The notes below the pieces were generated by a model. The model was not told the origin of the DNA. It made no database searches and saw only the letters and a list, made by a program, of their open reading frames with translations. Of a stretch of 64,000 nt of DNA, positions 27,299 to 36,070 are shown in pieces. Source of the stretch: Alphaproteobacteria bacterium (lineage in GTDB: Bacteria; Pseudomonadota; Alphaproteobacteria; Rhizobiales; Rhizobiaceae); contig JANSYK010000005.1 in the NCBI GenBank assembly GCA_024742485.1, forward strand, positions 21,698-85,697. The letters are read 5' to 3'. Position 1 is the stretch's first letter; every line of letters begins with the position of its first letter. Both the position numbers and the translations under genes were made by a program.

Positions 27299-28102
27299 CT
27301 ATCGGCTCATTCGGTGATTGATGTCCTTTGCCGTCTGTCGCAGCGCCGAAATGAGTTCTTCGCGGTCAATCGCTTCCAGTTGAGCGGTGATGGCATACAC
27401 ACCGATGGTGTGCGTGACGCTGCCATCCGGCATGAAGACAGGCAAAGCGATCGCGGAGACGCCTTTGACAAAACCTTCACGGTCTTCGGAGAAACCGTCC
27501 ACTCTTGTCTGTTCGACCTGGCTCATCCAGTCATCATAGGTGATCGGCCGGACCCATTTTACCTTGGCAAAATTCTGTTTGATCTGCCTTTCAGTCATGT
27601 TTCCGAAGGCTGCAAAACAGCGGCCGGACGCACCTGACATCAATGGAACACGTCCACCCAGCGTGACGTTGAGTGAAATGGAATCAGGGGGATTGGCAAA
27701 TGCGACGAGGGCAAGATGTTGATCGTCGATCTTCGAAGTTGCCGTGGCCGTCATTGAAAAACGATTGGCGATTGTTTGCAGGCGCGATTTTGCGAGCTCG
27801 GCGAAATCATTGAGACGAAGGGCGCTTTTTGCCAGATCGGTAATGCCTGATCCCAACTGATAGGTTTTCGAACTGACGTCGTAGGAGACCAGGCGAGCGG
27901 ACACCAGTTCCCTCAATATGTGCAGGCAGGTGCTTGGGATGATTCCGACGGCCCGCGAAATCTGTGACAGGTTCATGGGGGTAGGGCGGTCGGCAAGTTC
28001 CCAAAGGATGCCGGCTGCGCGCCGGACCGCCGGCACGCGCTTGATTGATGTGCCTGTTTTTTCGGTGTCTGCCTGATTGTCCTTCAGGTCTGTGTTGCTC
28101 AC
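27299..28102 (-). CDS. IclR-family transcriptional regulator
   Basis: 267 aa. N-terminal winged HTH (AAGILWELADRPTPMNLSQISRAVGIIPSTCLHILRELV) plus C-terminal IclR effector domain pattern. GTG start. Confidence 0.88.
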   Translation of the reverse strand: MSNTDLKDNQADTEKTGTSIKRVPAVRRAAGILWELADRPTPMNLSQISRAVGIIPSTCLHILRELVSARLVSYDVSSKTYQLGSGITDLAKSALRLNDFAELAKSRLQTIANRFSMTATATSKIDDQHLALVAFANPPDSISLNVTLGGRVPLMSGASGRCFAAFGNMTERQIKQNFAKVKWVRPITYDDWMSQVEQTRVDGFSEDREGFVKGVSAIALPVFMPDGSVTHTIGVYAITAQLEAIDREELISALRQTAKDINHRMSR

Positions 28103-28279
28103 GAATGCCCACTCCGGTTTTGTCGGGTTTTTGCCTCTAGAAAAAAAGACTGGAAGTCCTTATTGCACACCAAAGCCGGGCATCACAATATGGATTTGCC
28201 AGATTCAAGCGGCCTTGAAGCAGGCGCGGCAGGGTGAACGTGCAGTGGACTGAATGGGTTGCATTGCCTGAAGGTCGAT

Positions 28280-28298
28280 CTATTGGAGATTGCAATAG
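28280..28298. promoter_or_regulatory. Inverted repeat CTATTG-N7-CAATAG in the IclR/SDR divergent region
   Basis: Perfect 6-bp arms, about 75 bp upstream of the SDR start at 28374. A CTCTAGAAAA element at 28135-28144 also resembles the copy A/B motif. Confidence 0.35.
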
Positions 28299-28373
28299 TG
28301 CCTCGCCAACGGTCCATTGGTCGCCGAGCTGGCGTTGCCGATGAACATGTCGGCATTGTTGGGGGAGAGATAG

Positions 28374-29141
28374 ATGAAGATCGACCAAAATATCGTTGCC
28401 GTTGTAACAGGTGCTGCCTCGGGATTGGGCGCAGCCGTTGCGGTGGAATTGCATCGGCGCGGCGCCAGGATTGGCATCCTTGACAAGAACGAGGCCGAAG
28501 GGCGGGTCTTGGCGAACGACCTTGGCGGTCTTTTTGTGGATGCCGACGTCAGTGATCCCCACAGTGTCGCAAATGCCCTGTTATCCGTTCGTTCCGAACT
28601 CGGTCAGGAGAGAGTGTGCGTCAACTGTGCCGGCATTGCGGTGGCCCACACAACCCTGCACAAAGGTGCACCCCACGACCCGGCGCTTTTTGAGAAAGTC
28701 GTCCGTATCAATCTGATTGGCACGTTCAATGTCGCCAGCCAGTCTGCGGCCGGAATGGCCAAGACGGAACCACTCGGTCCTGACGGCGAGCGCGGCATAA
28801 TTGTCAACACGGCCTCCATCGCTGCATTCGAAGGCCAGATCGGTCATGCGGCCTATTCCGCGTCGAAATCGGGTGTGGTCGGCATGACCCTGCCCATGGC
28901 GCGCGACCTTGCAAGAGACGGCATCCGCGTTGTTGCCGTAGCGCCCGGCATGTTTTCAACACCCATGGCGGTGGATTTGCCGGACCACCTCAAACAGTCA
29001 GTTATCGACAATATTCCGTTTCCGGCGCGCCTTGGCGATCCGACGGAGTTTGCGTCTCTTGTCGCACATTGTGTGGAAAACACCATGCTGAACGGCGAGA
29101 CCATCCGCCTGGACGGAGGATGCCGCATGCCGCCGAAATAG
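28374..29141 (+). CDS. Short-chain dehydrogenase, 3-hydroxyacyl-CoA dehydrogenase type-2-like
   Basis: TGAASGLG cofactor motif, catalytic YSASK, 255 aa. Overall pattern resembles HSD10/FadB2-type SDRs. Confidence 0.8.
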   Translation: MKIDQNIVAVVTGAASGLGAAVAVELHRRGARIGILDKNEAEGRVLANDLGGLFVDADVSDPHSVANALLSVRSELGQERVCVNCAGIAVAHTTLHKGAPHDPALFEKVVRINLIGTFNVASQSAAGMAKTEPLGPDGERGIIVNTASIAAFEGQIGHAAYSASKSGVVGMTLPMARDLARDGIRVVAVAPGMFSTPMAVDLPDHLKQSVIDNIPFPARLGDPTEFASLVAHCVENTMLNGETIRLDGGCRMPPK

Positions 29142-29157
29142 CGGCTGCCGTCCAGGT

Positions 29158-29745
29158 CTAGTTTTCGCCGCGGCCGCGATCCGTGTCCGGCGTGCCGAAT
29201 TGCGGAAAATAGGACCTGGTTACCGGACTATCAGGCGCCCAGCTATGGCACCCACCGATGAAAAATGGTGGCTCCTCGTGCCGCGCATCATCCTCTCCGA
29301 TCGGGTGACCGGAATGTTTCCAACCGATGGCCCGCGTCTGGAAGGCAACCGTGGGGGCAAGACCGAGAAGTTCGGCCAGATGCGTGCAGCCGCGTGTCGC
29401 CCCTAACGCTTCACGCACCGCACGGCGCCAGCCCCGGTCGAGGCGCTTGCCATGCAGCTTGGAGGTATTGGCGGCACTGCGCTGGCAGTAACCGAACGGC
29501 ATGTGCTCAAGGTCCGTCTCTATGTTCAGAACCTCGAAATCGGGATTGATCGACAGGCGGACATTGATCGCGTGGACCGGATCACCGGGTTCACGCGATC
29601 CGCGTTCACGATCGACAAACCCAAAGCTTTTTTGATCAACAAGCTGAAGCTCGATTTCAACGGTGCCATCGTCGCACTCGAAGCTCTCGACCGTCAGCGA
29701 CCGGAGGTGGTTTTGTCGGCGCTTCTTTGTGGAAGGGGGAAGAAT
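29158..29745 (-). CDS. DUF2889-family protein; N-terminal part lacks a canonical start codon (conservative ATG-started ORF is 29158-29502)
   Basis: RGCTHLAELLGLAPTVAFQT matches the DUF2889 signature recalled from memory. The frame stays open upstream of the ATG at 29502 as far as the stop at 29878-29880. That stretch encodes family-like sequence (...LRSLTVESFECDDGTVEIELQLVDQKSFGFVDRERGSREPGDPVHAINVRLSIN...). It contains no ATG/GTG/TTG. AGGAG (29758-29754) lies 8 nt before ATT (29745-29743). Confidence 0.6.
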   Translation of the reverse strand: MLPPSTKKRRQNHLRSLTVESFECDDGTVEIELQLVDQKSFGFVDRERGSREPGDPVHAINVRLSINPDFEVLNIETDLEHMPFGYCQRSAANTSKLHGKRLDRGWRRAVREALGATRGCTHLAELLGLAPTVAFQTRAIGWKHSGHPIGEDDARHEEPPFFIGGCHSWAPDSPVTRSYFPQFGTPDTDRGRGEN

Positions 29746-29798
29746 GACGGGATCTCCTGTCGGTTGGCTGCGGACACCCGGATCGAGTACCCGCTTGT

Positions 29799-30203
29799 TC
29801 AGGATACAGTCGAGGCGGGCTTGAAGAGCGGTATCAACTGGCCATCCGGCGCAGGTCTGTACACCACTTCCACCCGGTCACCAATGCGAAGCAAGTCGGC
29901 GTCGCACTCCGTAATGTTGGTCAGCATGCTCACGCCTTCATCGAGTGTAACCCAGGCCGATACATAAGGCGGGCTGCCCCTGCGAAAAAGGCTGAAAGCG
30001 TATATCCGGCCGAGACCGGATGCCTGTTTCCAATCGACCCGATCTGAAAAGCAGAAGGGACAGATTCTGCGCGGATAATAATGCGGCGTTCCGCAATCGC
30101 GGCAATCGGCAAACAGAAGAGTCTGCTGGTTCGCGGCATTCCAAAAATCCTCTGTTTCAGGCGTTCGCACCGGTGAGCGCAAGGCATCGTCGTCAATTTG
30201 CAT
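29799..30203 (-). CDS. DUF35 Zn-ribbon/OB-fold protein (thiolase partner)
   Basis: 134 aa, MQIDDD... with zinc ribbon CRDCGTPHYYPRRICPFC followed by an OB-fold-like segment. The ATG at 30203 overlaps the thiolase stop (TGATG). The longer track ORF to 30482 runs inside the thiolase gene. Confidence 0.82.
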   Translation of the reverse strand: MQIDDDALRSPVRTPETEDFWNAANQQTLLFADCRDCGTPHYYPRRICPFCFSDRVDWKQASGLGRIYAFSLFRRGSPPYVSAWVTLDEGVSMLTNITECDADLLRIGDRVEVVYRPAPDGQLIPLFKPASTVS

Positions 30204-31363
30204 CAGCAGACCCTTTCGAGGATGGCCGTCGCGCCGCCGTGCCGCCGGTCGAGCATGCCGCCCAGGCCATTGGCGATGGCCAGATCGCAATTTGCGACCT
30301 GCACGGCCGGATGCGATTCTCCGCGCAACTGGCGGACGGTTTCGATGATTTTCGTCACACCGCCGCGATGCGCCGGGTGATTGTTGCACAATCCGCCGCC
30401 ATCCGTATTGACCGGTAGTCGGCCAACGCCACTGATGAGATTGCCGTCGGCAACGAAACGGCCGCCCTGGCCCTTTTCGCAAAAACCAAGGTCTTCGATC
30501 GCAATCAGAACCGTGATGGTGAAGCTGTCATAGGTGGATAGATATTTGATATCGTCTGGTTTGAGGCCGGCTTCCTCGAAGGCGCTGATCGCGGATTGTC
30601 GGACAGCACTGGTGGTCAGGTCGATGTCAAACCCGCGATTATATTTGATCGCTTCTCCGACACCCCTGACCCTGACAACCGGCCGCCCAAGTGATCGGGC
30701 AATCTCTTCCCGTGCGACAATCACCGCACCTCCGCCATCCGTCATCACACAGCAGTCGAGGCGATGGAGCGGATCGGCAATCAGGGGCGAATCCAGCACA
30801 TCCCTAACGGACACTTCCTTCTGCAAAAGCGCATTCGGATTGTGTTTTGCATGGTTGGATATCGCCACTTTGATCCAGGCGAGTTGCTCGCTGGTGGTGC
30901 CGTATTCATGCATATGACGTTGGGCGCACATCGCGTAGGAGGGTGCCAGCGCTGCCCGGTAAGGCACCTCAAACGCAGATTCTGGATATTCCGGCAATTC
31001 TGCCAGATCGCCGGGTGCGGCCGCTTCGGCGCGCGGCCTGCCGGCCGACGTGATCAGGGCGATATTGCATTTGCCTTCGCGAATGGCGCGCATCGCGTGG
31101 CCAATATGGGCGATAGGTGACGACCCGCCAATATCGGTGGAATCCGCGTAGCTGACGTTCAATCCCATATATTCCAGGATGGACAGCGGTCCGATGCCCG
31201 GCGCGTCGCTGGCGCAGAAATAGCCATCGATATCCGACATCGAAAGCCCTGCATCCTGAAGCGCACCTCGGGCAACTTCCGCGTGGAGTTGAGCCACCGA
31301 CTGATCCGTGGCCAGCCTGGACGGGTGCTCGTAGACACCCACAATGCAAACGGGAGCCGACAT
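30203..31363 (-). CDS. Thiolase-fold protein, SCP-x / lipid-transfer-type
   Basis: 386 aa. Thiolase-like N and C halves, with C-terminal NTDGGGLCNNHP motif typical of SCPx-type thiolases that pair with DUF35 proteins. SD AGGAGGG 9 nt upstream. Confidence 0.82.
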   Translation of the reverse strand: MSAPVCIVGVYEHPSRLATDQSVAQLHAEVARGALQDAGLSMSDIDGYFCASDAPGIGPLSILEYMGLNVSYADSTDIGGSSPIAHIGHAMRAIREGKCNIALITSAGRPRAEAAAPGDLAELPEYPESAFEVPYRAALAPSYAMCAQRHMHEYGTTSEQLAWIKVAISNHAKHNPNALLQKEVSVRDVLDSPLIADPLHRLDCCVMTDGGGAVIVAREEIARSLGRPVVRVRGVGEAIKYNRGFDIDLTTSAVRQSAISAFEEAGLKPDDIKYLSTYDSFTITVLIAIEDLGFCEKGQGGRFVADGNLISGVGRLPVNTDGGGLCNNHPAHRGGVTKIIETVRQLRGESHPAVQVANCDLAIANGLGGMLDRRHGGATAILERVC

Positions 31364-31367
31364 GACC

Positions 31368-32984
31368 TTAGTCCCTCCTGCGCTTCAAATGGCGCGTATC
31401 GATGGTGCGCGGGTCCTTCCTGGGATCGGTGCCGTCCGGAAAGATCGCGCTTTTCTGAATTTTCTGGGTGCTGGTCACGGGAATCTCTTCGACAAAACTC
31501 ACCCAGGCCGGCAGCTTGTATCGGATCAGCCTGTCTCGAACGGATCGGCAAATGGATAGGGCCGTTTCCTCCGTAGCTTCGGCGCCGGACATCAGAACGA
31601 TGCAGGCCATGATTTCCTCGTCGTGCATCTCGTCTTCGACCGCAATGACGGCGACGCTTTTGACATTGGGATTATCGATCAGCGCCTCCTCGATTTCCGC
31701 AGCGGCGATGTTCTCTCCGCTTCGCCGGATGATGTTCTTTTTCCGGTCAACAAAATAGAGCATCCCGTCTTCACGTTGCCGCACAATGTCACCGGTATGG
31801 AACCAGCCGTTGCGCCAGGCCTTCTCCGTCTCTTCAGGTTGCTTCAGATATCCAGAGAAGAAACCATGACGCGGATCAGAACCGCTGCTGCGAACGATCA
31901 ACTCTCCCGGTGTTCCAAAAGGAAGCGGCTTGTCATCATCATCGACGATTTGGACTTCCAGCGGTGGTCGAACCCGGCCGAAGGCACGGCCGTCGGGGTC
32001 CCTTGGTTCCCGGCAGTTCTGGATCGCGCGGGATGTCTCCGTCATGCCCCAGGCTTCAATCAGCGGGAAACCGAACCGCTCCTCGAATGCTTCGCGCACG
32101 ACCGGGTCGACACCGGCACCCTGGCCGAATTTGACCCTGTGCCGCGATTCATCCGCAGATCGTTCCGATTTGACCAGCAGGGGCGGGATGATCCCCATAT
32201 AGTGAACGCAGGTCGCGCCGGTCGACACGATGTCTGGCCACCAGGTCGAGGCCCGGAACCTGTCTTGCAGCACAATGCAATTGCGCAGGCGTGTCATCGT
32301 ATTCAGTGTGTAGACGGAGACATTCATGTGAAATGTCGGCAAGGGAATATACAGGCGATCGGCGCCAACCTCGAAATTGATGAGGCCGCCGGCGGTGCCG
32401 TAACTCTCGCCGGCCGCAAGGCAGGAGGTGTTCGAGATCATGCAGCCCTTCGGCTTTCCGGTTGTTCCGGATGTGTAGATGATCAGCGCTTCCCGTGCCC
32501 CACCTGCGGCTGGAACGATTGCTGCGTGGCGGGCAGGGGCAGGCAATGGGCCGGTGTCAACGGCGACATCGACAACAGCGACAGGAATCTCCATCTGCGA
32601 GCAAACCTGCCGCAGATCATCCACTCGCTCGCCGGCCGCGACCACCAATGCGCATTCCGCGAACTCGACACCGTAGTGCAGCTCGTGCTTGAGATAGGCC
32701 GGATTGAGCGGCACGGCGCTGGCGCCGATCCGATTGAGCGCCAACAGGTGCCAGAAATGATCCGGCCTGTTTCCGAAGAGCATGGCGATGCGGTGTCCCG
32801 GACCGTAGCCTGCGGCGTCATATCGGGCTGCCAACCGGTCAACCGTCTCGAGGCTTTCGCCGTAGGAATATTCACGTCCGTCTGACAGATAGCCCCTGTC
32901 TTCAGATTTTGGATAACATAGAAAGGCCAGATGCGGCGAAGCCGCCGCCGCCGCGCTGAATTGCTCGTAAACTGTTTCAACCAT
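31368..32984 (-). CDS. AMP-dependent acyl-CoA synthetase/ligase
   Basis: AMP-binding motif YTSGTTGKPKG and C-terminal STQKIQK lysine motif. ATG at 32984; the track starts 2 codons earlier at a TTG. Confidence 0.88.
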   Translation of the reverse strand: MVETVYEQFSAAAAASPHLAFLCYPKSEDRGYLSDGREYSYGESLETVDRLAARYDAAGYGPGHRIAMLFGNRPDHFWHLLALNRIGASAVPLNPAYLKHELHYGVEFAECALVVAAGERVDDLRQVCSQMEIPVAVVDVAVDTGPLPAPARHAAIVPAAGGAREALIIYTSGTTGKPKGCMISNTSCLAAGESYGTAGGLINFEVGADRLYIPLPTFHMNVSVYTLNTMTRLRNCIVLQDRFRASTWWPDIVSTGATCVHYMGIIPPLLVKSERSADESRHRVKFGQGAGVDPVVREAFEERFGFPLIEAWGMTETSRAIQNCREPRDPDGRAFGRVRPPLEVQIVDDDDKPLPFGTPGELIVRSSGSDPRHGFFSGYLKQPEETEKAWRNGWFHTGDIVRQREDGMLYFVDRKKNIIRRSGENIAAAEIEEALIDNPNVKSVAVIAVEDEMHDEEIMACIVLMSGAEATEETALSICRSVRDRLIRYKLPAWVSFVEEIPVTSTQKIQKSAIFPDGTDPRKDPRTIDTRHLKRRRD

Positions 32985-33035
32985 TGGCAACCGTAGCGTT
33001 TGATTTGCAGGACGGATCGCCGGCCCTGCTTCTGT

Positions 33036-33794
33036 TTACAAAATGACGGACATGCCGGCATCGACGGCCAGGACATGGCCGTTGACATAGCTGGCCGCGT
33101 CGGATGCAAGAAATACCGCAGCATTGGCGACTTCTTCGGGCCGCGCCCATCGACGGGCGGGGATTCGGGTTTCGACAAAAGTCCTTATGCCGTCTTCTTC
33201 CGCCAGGGTCTGATTGAATTCGGTCGCCACAAATCCCGGTGCAATCACATTGGCGGTCATACCCGTGGCACCGAGTTCGAAAGCGAGGGACCGGGCAAGG
33301 CTTTCCATTGCTGCCTTTGAAGAAGCGTAGACGGGATCGCCGCGGAATGGTCTTTTGGCTGCGGTCGACGAGATGAAGATAAGCCGCCCGCATTCGGGTC
33401 GGGTCATGCGCACCGTGGCCAGTCGGGCAACCTGATAGGCCGACACCGTGTTGGTTTCCATGATCTGCCGGAAATCATCAGGCTCGATTTCGGCCACAGA
33501 ACGGCGGTCGCGCATGCCGACGCTGTAGACCAGTATATCAAAGCGGCCAAGGTCGCTCGCGATCGCATCAATCGCCCGTTCTGCTGCCCGGTGGTTTGTT
33601 GCATCAAACGGCGCTTCGACAGCACCCGGAATTGTCGCGGCAACCGCCGCCACGCGATCCTTGTTCCGTCCATTGATTGCAACACGGGCTCCCGCCTCGG
33701 CAAAGGCCTCGGCAACAGCGCGGCCGATACCAGCCGTGCTGCCGACCACCAGAGCCACTCTCTTGTCCAGAGAAAATGCTTCACCTTTAGCCAA
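33036..33794 (-). CDS. Short-chain dehydrogenase/reductase (FabG-like)
   Basis: VGSTAGIGRA cofactor motif, catalytic YASSKAA, 252 aa. Confidence 0.85.
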   Translation of the reverse strand: MAKGEAFSLDKRVALVVGSTAGIGRAVAEAFAEAGARVAINGRNKDRVAAVAATIPGAVEAPFDATNHRAAERAIDAIASDLGRFDILVYSVGMRDRRSVAEIEPDDFRQIMETNTVSAYQVARLATVRMTRPECGRLIFISSTAAKRPFRGDPVYASSKAAMESLARSLAFELGATGMTANVIAPGFVATEFNQTLAEEDGIRTFVETRIPARRWARPEEVANAAVFLASDAASYVNGHVLAVDAGMSVIL

Positions 33795-33867
33795 GGGCCA
33801 CTCGTTTCCTGATCCGCCCTGCCGTTATGATATGCGCGACATATGCAAACGGTTGGGTAAAGATCGG

Positions 33868-34569
33868 TTAGGTGAACATCGGTACGACACGGCTACCATT
33901 ATAGGCTGCTTTTGCTTTGCGCTGCACCAGCTTCCACGTCTCATTATAATAGTCGGCCCGCTCGACAATGGCCTGCAGATGGGCACATTGATGATGCGGC
34001 ATTGTCGGCGTATGCGGGGGAAGTGTCACATCCATCCGCGCGGTGTAGTCGAGCACCACATGGCGCGCCACCGCCTCGCCAAGGCTGCTGCCGACGGTGA
34101 TCGCACCATGCCACGGAATCACGATCGCAATGTCGTCATCGCCCAGTGCCTTGCCGATGGATTCAAAATCGTCATTGGGGCTGATCACGGTCCGCTCGTA
34201 AAACACTGTCGACACATTGGCGAATATCCGCGGCGGCCGGGCATAGGCGGCCTGTGCGGTGATCCAGAATCCGTGTGAGTGCACCACCGACTGGACATCC
34301 GGCCGTTGTTTGTAAATGCCGTGATGAAAGTCGATGCCGATGCTGGGTGCCCTGTTCGAGTTGACCGGGTTGCCGTCGAAGTCGATCAGGATGATGTCTT
34401 CAAGTTGCATCTCCTCGAATGTCCGCTCAAACACGTGCATATAGAAGTAGGGTTCGTCCGGGTAGCGCACGGAAACATGGCCTCCCAGACCTGAGCCGAG
34501 ACCATAGGCCGCCATGCCCCTGCAGGCCTCCAGGACCTGCGCTCGAAGTTCCTCATTTTCCTTGACCAT
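33868..34569 (-). CDS. Class II aldolase/adducin-family protein
   Basis: Family pattern GLGGHVSVR...VVHSHG. ATG at 34569 is 7 nt after GGGAGG. The track ORF extends 14 codons further, to 34611. Confidence 0.82.
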   Translation of the reverse strand: MVKENEELRAQVLEACRGMAAYGLGSGLGGHVSVRYPDEPYFYMHVFERTFEEMQLEDIILIDFDGNPVNSNRAPSIGIDFHHGIYKQRPDVQSVVHSHGFWITAQAAYARPPRIFANVSTVFYERTVISPNDDFESIGKALGDDDIAIVIPWHGAITVGSSLGEAVARHVVLDYTARMDVTLPPHTPTMPHHQCAHLQAIVERADYYNETWKLVQRKAKAAYNGSRVVPMFT

Positions 34570-34617
34570 GACATTGCCTCCCAGTGTTTTGTAAAGCCGG
34601 ACCTGTCGCATTTCCGG

Positions 34618-34636
34618 TCACGTGGACGTCACGTGA
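34618..34636. promoter_or_regulatory. Tandem TCACGTG elements (TCACGTG-gacg-TCACGTGA) upstream of the aldolase operon
   Basis: Two CACGTG palindromes 11 bp apart around a central GACGTC, 50-70 bp upstream of the ATG at 34569. Confidence 0.35.
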
Positions 34637-34827
34637 AACCACAGATTCAGGACATTTGGACCGCTGATTTCATCCATGCCGCATCACGGGCGGGTGCCGA
34701 TACCTTCTGCCGTATCGGCATCACATGCAGATCCAACACCGATCTCATTTGTCGATTTCCTGACCTGAAACGCATTAAACATAGTGATCGCCGCGCCGCG
34801 CCGTCAATCGATTTGATACCATGATTT

Positions 34828-34862
34828 GTTTCTCTAGAAAATTAATTTTTTTTATAGACAAT
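34828..34862 (+). promoter_or_regulatory. AT-rich conserved motif (copy B) with palindrome AAAATTAATTTT next to TAGACA, upstream of TRAP dctP
   Basis: GTTTCTCTAGAAAATTAATTTTTTTTATAGACAATAG. Positions 2-25 match copy A at 22 of 24 bases. Lies about 60-95 bp upstream of the ATG at 34924. Confidence 0.6.
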
Positions 34863-34923
34863 AGTTGCCGTGCCCGATAGTGTCATCATCCATCAATGAA
34901 AAGAAATTTGGGAGGTGTGTCTC

Positions 34924-36045
34924 ATGAGGAATGTGAAGAGAGCATTCGCTGCGGCGGCATTGGGGATGGCCGCAATGCTTGCACCGGTTTCGGCGCAGGC
35001 AGAGGAAGTACGCATTGTCATGGGTGCGTCGGGAGATGGCGCCCTGCAGCGGGGCATGAACCTGTTTGCCGAAAAAATCGAAGAGGGAACCGGCGGTGCC
35101 TATACGGGCAAAGTGTTCGCCGGAACATTGCTGAGCTACGCTGAAACAACCGAAGGTCTGACCAACGGGACGGCACAGATCGGTTATATGGTTCCGGCCT
35201 ATGTGCGCGGTGAATTCCCGCTTACCAATTACGCGATCGATATCGTCGCCACGGTGGTGGAGCCGGTCGTTGTCGGCGGTGCGATGACGGAATTCATATT
35301 TACCTGTGAGCCGTGTCTGGCCGAGTTCAAGCGCAGAAACCAGGCCTTCACCGGCTTTGCGGTGGTCTCGTCCTACGTGTTGATGTCCCAGACGCTGCTT
35401 GAGGACGTCAGTGACCTGAAAGGCATGAAAATTCGCGGCTTCAGCGCCTTCAATAAACTGGTCGGTCAGTGGGATGCGTCAGCCATCTCGGTGAATGTCG
35501 GTGAAGTCTATGAAGCCCTTTCGAGCGGGCGCCTGGAAGGCAACATTCATTTGTGGGACATCATCAAGTCCTACTCGCTCGGCGACCATGTCGAGTATGT
35601 TTATGATGCGCCGATCGGGATCTATGGCGGCAATTCCATGTTCAACATCAATCTGGATTTCTGGAAATCGCTGTCACCGGAAAACAAGCGCGTATTCCTG
35701 AACGCTGCCAATGAGGCACTTGCCTATGCAACGGTGGAATACACGGCAAACGACCGCAAGCTCGCCGAAAATGCCGCAGACCTCAATGTGAAGGAAGTGG
35801 CAACACCGGCATCCATCGCCGAGTCGATTGATCTCTTCCGGGAAAACAACATCAAGGAAGTCATCGCTGCCGCGCAGAGCGATGACACCATACCGGACGC
35901 CAAGGACCATGGTGATCGACTGCTGGCACTGATCGAAAAATGGCGTGGACTGGTCGCTGGTATCGACAGCAAGAATGTTGACGCTGTCGCGAAGCTCTAT
36001 CAGGAGCAGATTTATGATAAGGTAGATCTGTCAACGCTGGAATAG
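34924..36045 (+). CDS. TRAP transporter substrate-binding protein (DctP family)
   Basis: Signal peptide (AAAALGMAAMLAPVSAQA) and DctP-type fold pattern. ATG at 34924 is 9 nt after GGAGG. The track start at 34915 is a GTG inside the SD. Confidence 0.85.
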   Translation: MRNVKRAFAAAALGMAAMLAPVSAQAEEVRIVMGASGDGALQRGMNLFAEKIEEGTGGAYTGKVFAGTLLSYAETTEGLTNGTAQIGYMVPAYVRGEFPLTNYAIDIVATVVEPVVVGGAMTEFIFTCEPCLAEFKRRNQAFTGFAVVSSYVLMSQTLLEDVSDLKGMKIRGFSAFNKLVGQWDASAISVNVGEVYEALSSGRLEGNIHLWDIIKSYSLGDHVEYVYDAPIGIYGGNSMFNINLDFWKSLSPENKRVFLNAANEALAYATVEYTANDRKLAENAADLNVKEVATPASIAESIDLFRENNIKEVIAAAQSDDTIPDAKDHGDRLLALIEKWRGLVAGIDSKNVDAVAKLYQEQIYDKVDLSTLE

Positions 36046-36070
36046 TCAGAACACGCAACAGAGTATCACC

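Noticed and set aside
29799-30482. 227-aa version of the DUF35 ORF
   Set aside because: The upstream 93 codons lie inside the thiolase gene in another frame. The recognisable Zn-ribbon/OB protein starts at ATG 30203, which overlaps the thiolase stop.
31623-32885. 420-aa plus-strand ORF inside the acyl-CoA ligase gene. Similar shadows occur at 14667-15653, 53888-54802, 54907-55980 and 58343-59296.
   Set aside because: All are opposite well-supported genes (AMP-binding, sulfatase, MBL and TAXI motifs) and have arbitrary-looking, Arg-rich translations.
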